NCBI GenBank assembly: GCA_044345355.1
Contig: JBIJBG010000002.1
Span: 1 to 42,843 of the forward strand
Direction of reading: 5' to 3'
Length of the DNA stretch: 42,843 nucleotides
Origin: Flavobacteriales bacterium
GTDB lineage: Bacteria > Bacteroidota > Bacteroidia > CAIKAF01
This document shows positions 41,101 to 42,843 of the stretch, piece after piece (positions within the stretch are counted from its first letter, which is position 1; every line of letters begins with the position of its first letter). A program made the position numbers and the translations under genes. The notes under the pieces were generated by a model, which searched no databases, was not told where the DNA came from, and saw only the letters and a list, made by a program, of their open reading frames with translations.

Positions 41101-42843
41101 ACCAATGACATGCAATCCGTCCATTAACCCGCCTGTTATTCTGGTTAATACTTCTAAAACCGTGCTATTGGTAGCAATTGTAGCGGCAGTGCCTGTTAGG
41201 AAAGTATTGTAATATGAACCCGAAGCCCCTTTGATTTCAACACCTCCCGCACCTGAAACAGGCGCAGCAAAGACGATGTTTTCGTTTGGCGTTAATATCA
41301 GTTTACAACCACTGGCTACCGCAACCCCGGAAGTGTTGGAAATGGTACCGCTGGAAGCCTGACTCACTGATCCGCCCGTTCCTACCTGAAGATCACCCGC
41401 CGAGATGGTGGTTGCACCGGTGTAGGTATGGTCTTTGGTTAAGGTTAATAAACCGGCACCTGTCTTCGTCAAATTACTTCCCGTTCCGCTGATGATTCCG
41501 TCATAAGTAGAAGTTGATGAAAAATTCAGGGTGGCAGTGCGGTTGGATGCAATGGCTATATTGCCCGTTCCTGATAGTGTAGTACCGTTCAATGCAATGT
41601 CTCCTGTGGATGCATTTGTAGTTGTAATGTTTGCATTTAATGCAATAGTTCCTCCGTAAAAACTCAATGCACCTCCAATTTCAAATGCTGAGCCTACAGT
41701 TATATTCGATGTATTTCCAAGTAAGATAGGTGTTGATGCAGAAAACATTTCTTCATATTTTCCTACTTTTAAACCGCCTACATTTGCAATACTATTAATT
41801 TTAATTCCATTGTAATGACCTATATTGAAGGTAAAGTTACCCGAGGTTAGTGTCCCACCAATAGTCAAGGCACTTGCATAACTTCCACCATTAGGAAGCA
41901 AAGAAATCAGTCCAGTAGTTGTTAAACCAATGGTTCCTGATGTTACCGAAGATACCAATGTAATATCCCCAGACCCTGCATTAATAGTCCAAGAACCGTT
42001 TGAAGCAATCCCATTCGTTCCTCCGTTACCGGTTCCCGCCCAAGCGAAGAAATCTCCACCACCCGTTGTCACGTTATTGAAGAAATCAAATGCATTGGCA
42101 TTAGACCCACCTACAGAGGGTCCGTCACCCACGGTAAGCCCGTTCCAAGTATAACTTCCTCCGTTAGAATTTGAACCACCCATCCAAACGTGTCCACCAT
42201 TGGTTGTAACTGCTCCTGCAAAACCCGCACCTCCATCGCCGTTGTCACCATCGTAGTCAGACCAAAGAATAACATTTAACACTCCGGCCCCACTCGCTGT
42301 TATTGGTCCAGTAAAGTATATTCTACCGTTAGATTGTAAAGTTAGCGTTCCGGTTCCTGCTGTTTTTGCAATGGTCGAAGTCATTTCTATATCATTCCAA
42401 CCACTTATACCCTTTATGAATATATCTCCGTTGGCTGATGAGGTAAGGTTACCGGTTACATCGACATTCCAACCGTAGGCGCTGATTGGTCCTGCGACCG
42501 TGAAGGCAGAGTTAAGATATATATCAGCGGTATTCCCTGTTTTTCCAAATCTAAACGAACTCATCGTCTGTGAATTCTGATTGAAGGCAAATGTACTTGT
42601 GTACACAGCATCTCCAAAGCTTGTTCCATTCGATTCAATAACCACTGCGCCTGTGGTAGCAAATTTTGGAGTGTAGCCATTAAAGGCAAAACGATCAAAT
42701 TGAACAGTGATGTTGCTGCTGCTGCTCGTCACAGTTGAGGATGCCTTGGAGCCCAGGAACAGTTCGTTTGTAATATATAAATATCCATTGGTGGTTCCAC
42801 CGAATTGGCCCCCTTTTATGGCAATTGGCCCGCTGCTTGCCAG
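38149..42843 (-). CDS. Giant T9SS-sorted surface protein (5' end outside the window): beta-helical passenger with autotransporter-associated beta-strand (PATR) repeats, conserved pre-CTD cassette, T9SS type A C-terminal domain
   Basis: The track ORF begins at a GTG (42732), but the frame stays open to the window edge (I translated 42733-42843 with no stop), so the gene is 5'-truncated. PATR signatures include GAGLLTLTKDHTYTGATTISAGDLQVG, ITLTGTNTYTGNTTI and GDLTLTGLNTYTGASTINAGRLIL. The C-terminus VSVYPNPSEGPFTV...GMYFLRS...IVIRGM has the T9SS CTD pattern. Confidence 0.85.
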   Translation of the reverse strand: MASSGPIAIKGGQFGGTTNGYLYITNELFLGSKASSTVTSSSSNITVQFDRFAFNGYTPKFATTGAVVIESNGTSFGDAVYTSTFAFNQNSQTMSSFRFGKTGNTADIYLNSAFTVAGPISAYGWNVDVTGNLTSSANGDIFIKGISGWNDIEMTSTIAKTAGTGTLTLQSNGRIYFTGPITASGAGVLNVILWSDYDGDNGDGGAGFAGAVTTNGGHVWMGGSNSNGGSYTWNGLTVGDGPSVGGSNANAFDFFNNVTTGGGDFFAWAGTGNGGTNGIASNGSWTINAGSGDITLVSSVTSGTIGLTTTGLISLLPNGGSYASALTIGGTLTSGNFTFNIGHYNGIKINSIANVGGLKVGKYEEMFSASTPILLGNTSNITVGSAFEIGGALSFYGGTIALNANITTTNASTGDIALNGTTLSGTGNIAIASNRTATLNFSSTSTYDGIISGTGSNLTKTGAGLLTLTKDHTYTGATTISAGDLQVGTGGSVSQASSGTISNTSGVAVASGCKLILTPNENIVFAAPVSGAGGVEIKGASGSYYNTFLTGTAATIATNSTVLEVLTRITGGLMDGLHVIGGGTLNAAAYVKSYNAATNSATLQFQQYDGTYTKSVFAQLTQSGTNVQIRGNTSIYGGAAYRNGNTLGADMSTGSTAMGLATSSGGSGYGISKVYMSGKVNFTGALTYTGNTSLSNTITNVTSPNTYSYTSKGTQEITDASSSFPSSSTVVNNGLVILNRTTAHTISSNMSGTEEVLQVGAAITLTGTNTYTGNTTIDLNKSLIIGSGSTSGSMTGNIINYGTLSFNRSDSSSYTGIVSGTGTLSKSGSGDLTLTGLNTYTGASTINAGRLILQRDVPATSSSSYSGAGTLVIQPNSSSFTSAVSYPIPGFTVSSSIGGLTIGKTTNTANISVTASTTTAGPMTMYGGNISLAVGVELFTTAAGGNVSLLAKSGFTTAANSGTSRGRIMTTGGGNIAINADADGNNVGELDIDWLTIDGGTGNVSMEAATFNWNTSSGVVYPEFYGTGALTFRGGASSTHPLNLRWIALFQNKSALTIGNPSNTAVVDINPCANCNSTAFNYTGNSLTVNGPVSIHGSTLSLGQSINSATGGNMTLQANTLTFSSGITVSSSGQLIVTAQTPSNTIGMAGATGTLQLPATYFSANFTDGFSNIQIGSNSQTGAISTNAFNLQDNMSFLTSGELTLGGKPVLGANNITLGSAISAINLGSPANYFQTNGTGSVSRIVSDNAALLFPVGNSNYNPVTITNNTGAADEFNVRVLDAVYLTGTSGVELTTPRVNATWAINKQTVNAGAGVDFEFTWNSAQETDNMSVYQLNHFTNSNWEIAAGVSSAPTGTVTKTLTHSSYTGTFSPFAIGNSSVSPLPVTLLDFEVTCEEGGKPRFVWTTASEINNSHFDLEQSSDLITWEKAARIEGNGNSNQLISYGYTLEDFRASSGRYFRLHQYDYNGDSEAHFSVYLNEDCLGAGGSVSVYPNPSEGPFTVSGAVAGSEWHLTDASGRILFSRKADSDGNIWFAPELPDGMYFLRSVYQGESILKKIVIRGM
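38433..38746 (-). repeat. Copy 2 of the high-identity paralogous segment shared by the two giant genes
   Basis: See copy 1 (32406-32716). The protein blocks are nearly identical: WTTASEINNSHFDLEQS(A/S)DLITWEKAARIEGNGNSNQL and GRYFRLHQYDYNGDSEAH. Confidence 0.85.

Overview
This 42.8-kb chromosomal segment reads as Bacteroidota. It has T9SS type A and type B (CHU_C) C-terminal sorting domains, a Bacteroidetes-type sdhCAB operon, TAnnTTTG-like promoter boxes and several non-ATG starts. Most of the window is housekeeping. Recognised genes are hemS-like, tgt, sdhC/A/B, upp, ppx, alkB-like, aat, eukaryote-type NADP icd and purK. There are also an ECF-type sigma factor, a GT2 glycosyltransferase, HAD and alpha/beta hydrolases, and a phytoene-desaturase-like oxidoreductase. 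The accessory content is: (1) a 406-bp AT-rich cassette with perfect 11-bp terminal inverted repeats and a flanking CATT duplication. It carries only a four-helix-bundle (23S rRNA IVS / Avd-like) gene and is inserted between sdhA and sdhB. This is my best candidate for something not yet described. (2) A 614-bp insertion at the 3' end of ppx, bracketed by two 82-nt copies of the ppx 3' end that differ almost only at synonymous sites. (3) A surface-protein locus (32.1 kb to the window end) with two giant T9SS cargo genes. They share a near-identical C-terminal cassette but have unrelated, compositionally foreign N-terminal modules. One has a glycine-rich domain plus a canonical EPN/WND C-type lectin domain; the other has an autotransporter-type beta-helix. 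They flank a polytopic-membrane AraC regulator. (4) A 1296-aa SBBP/PKD/CHU_C protein and two small T9SS cargo proteins. No rRNA, tRNA, CRISPR array, transposase, integrase or recognisable defence gene was seen. All family assignments rest on motif recognition from memory, since no searches could be run.
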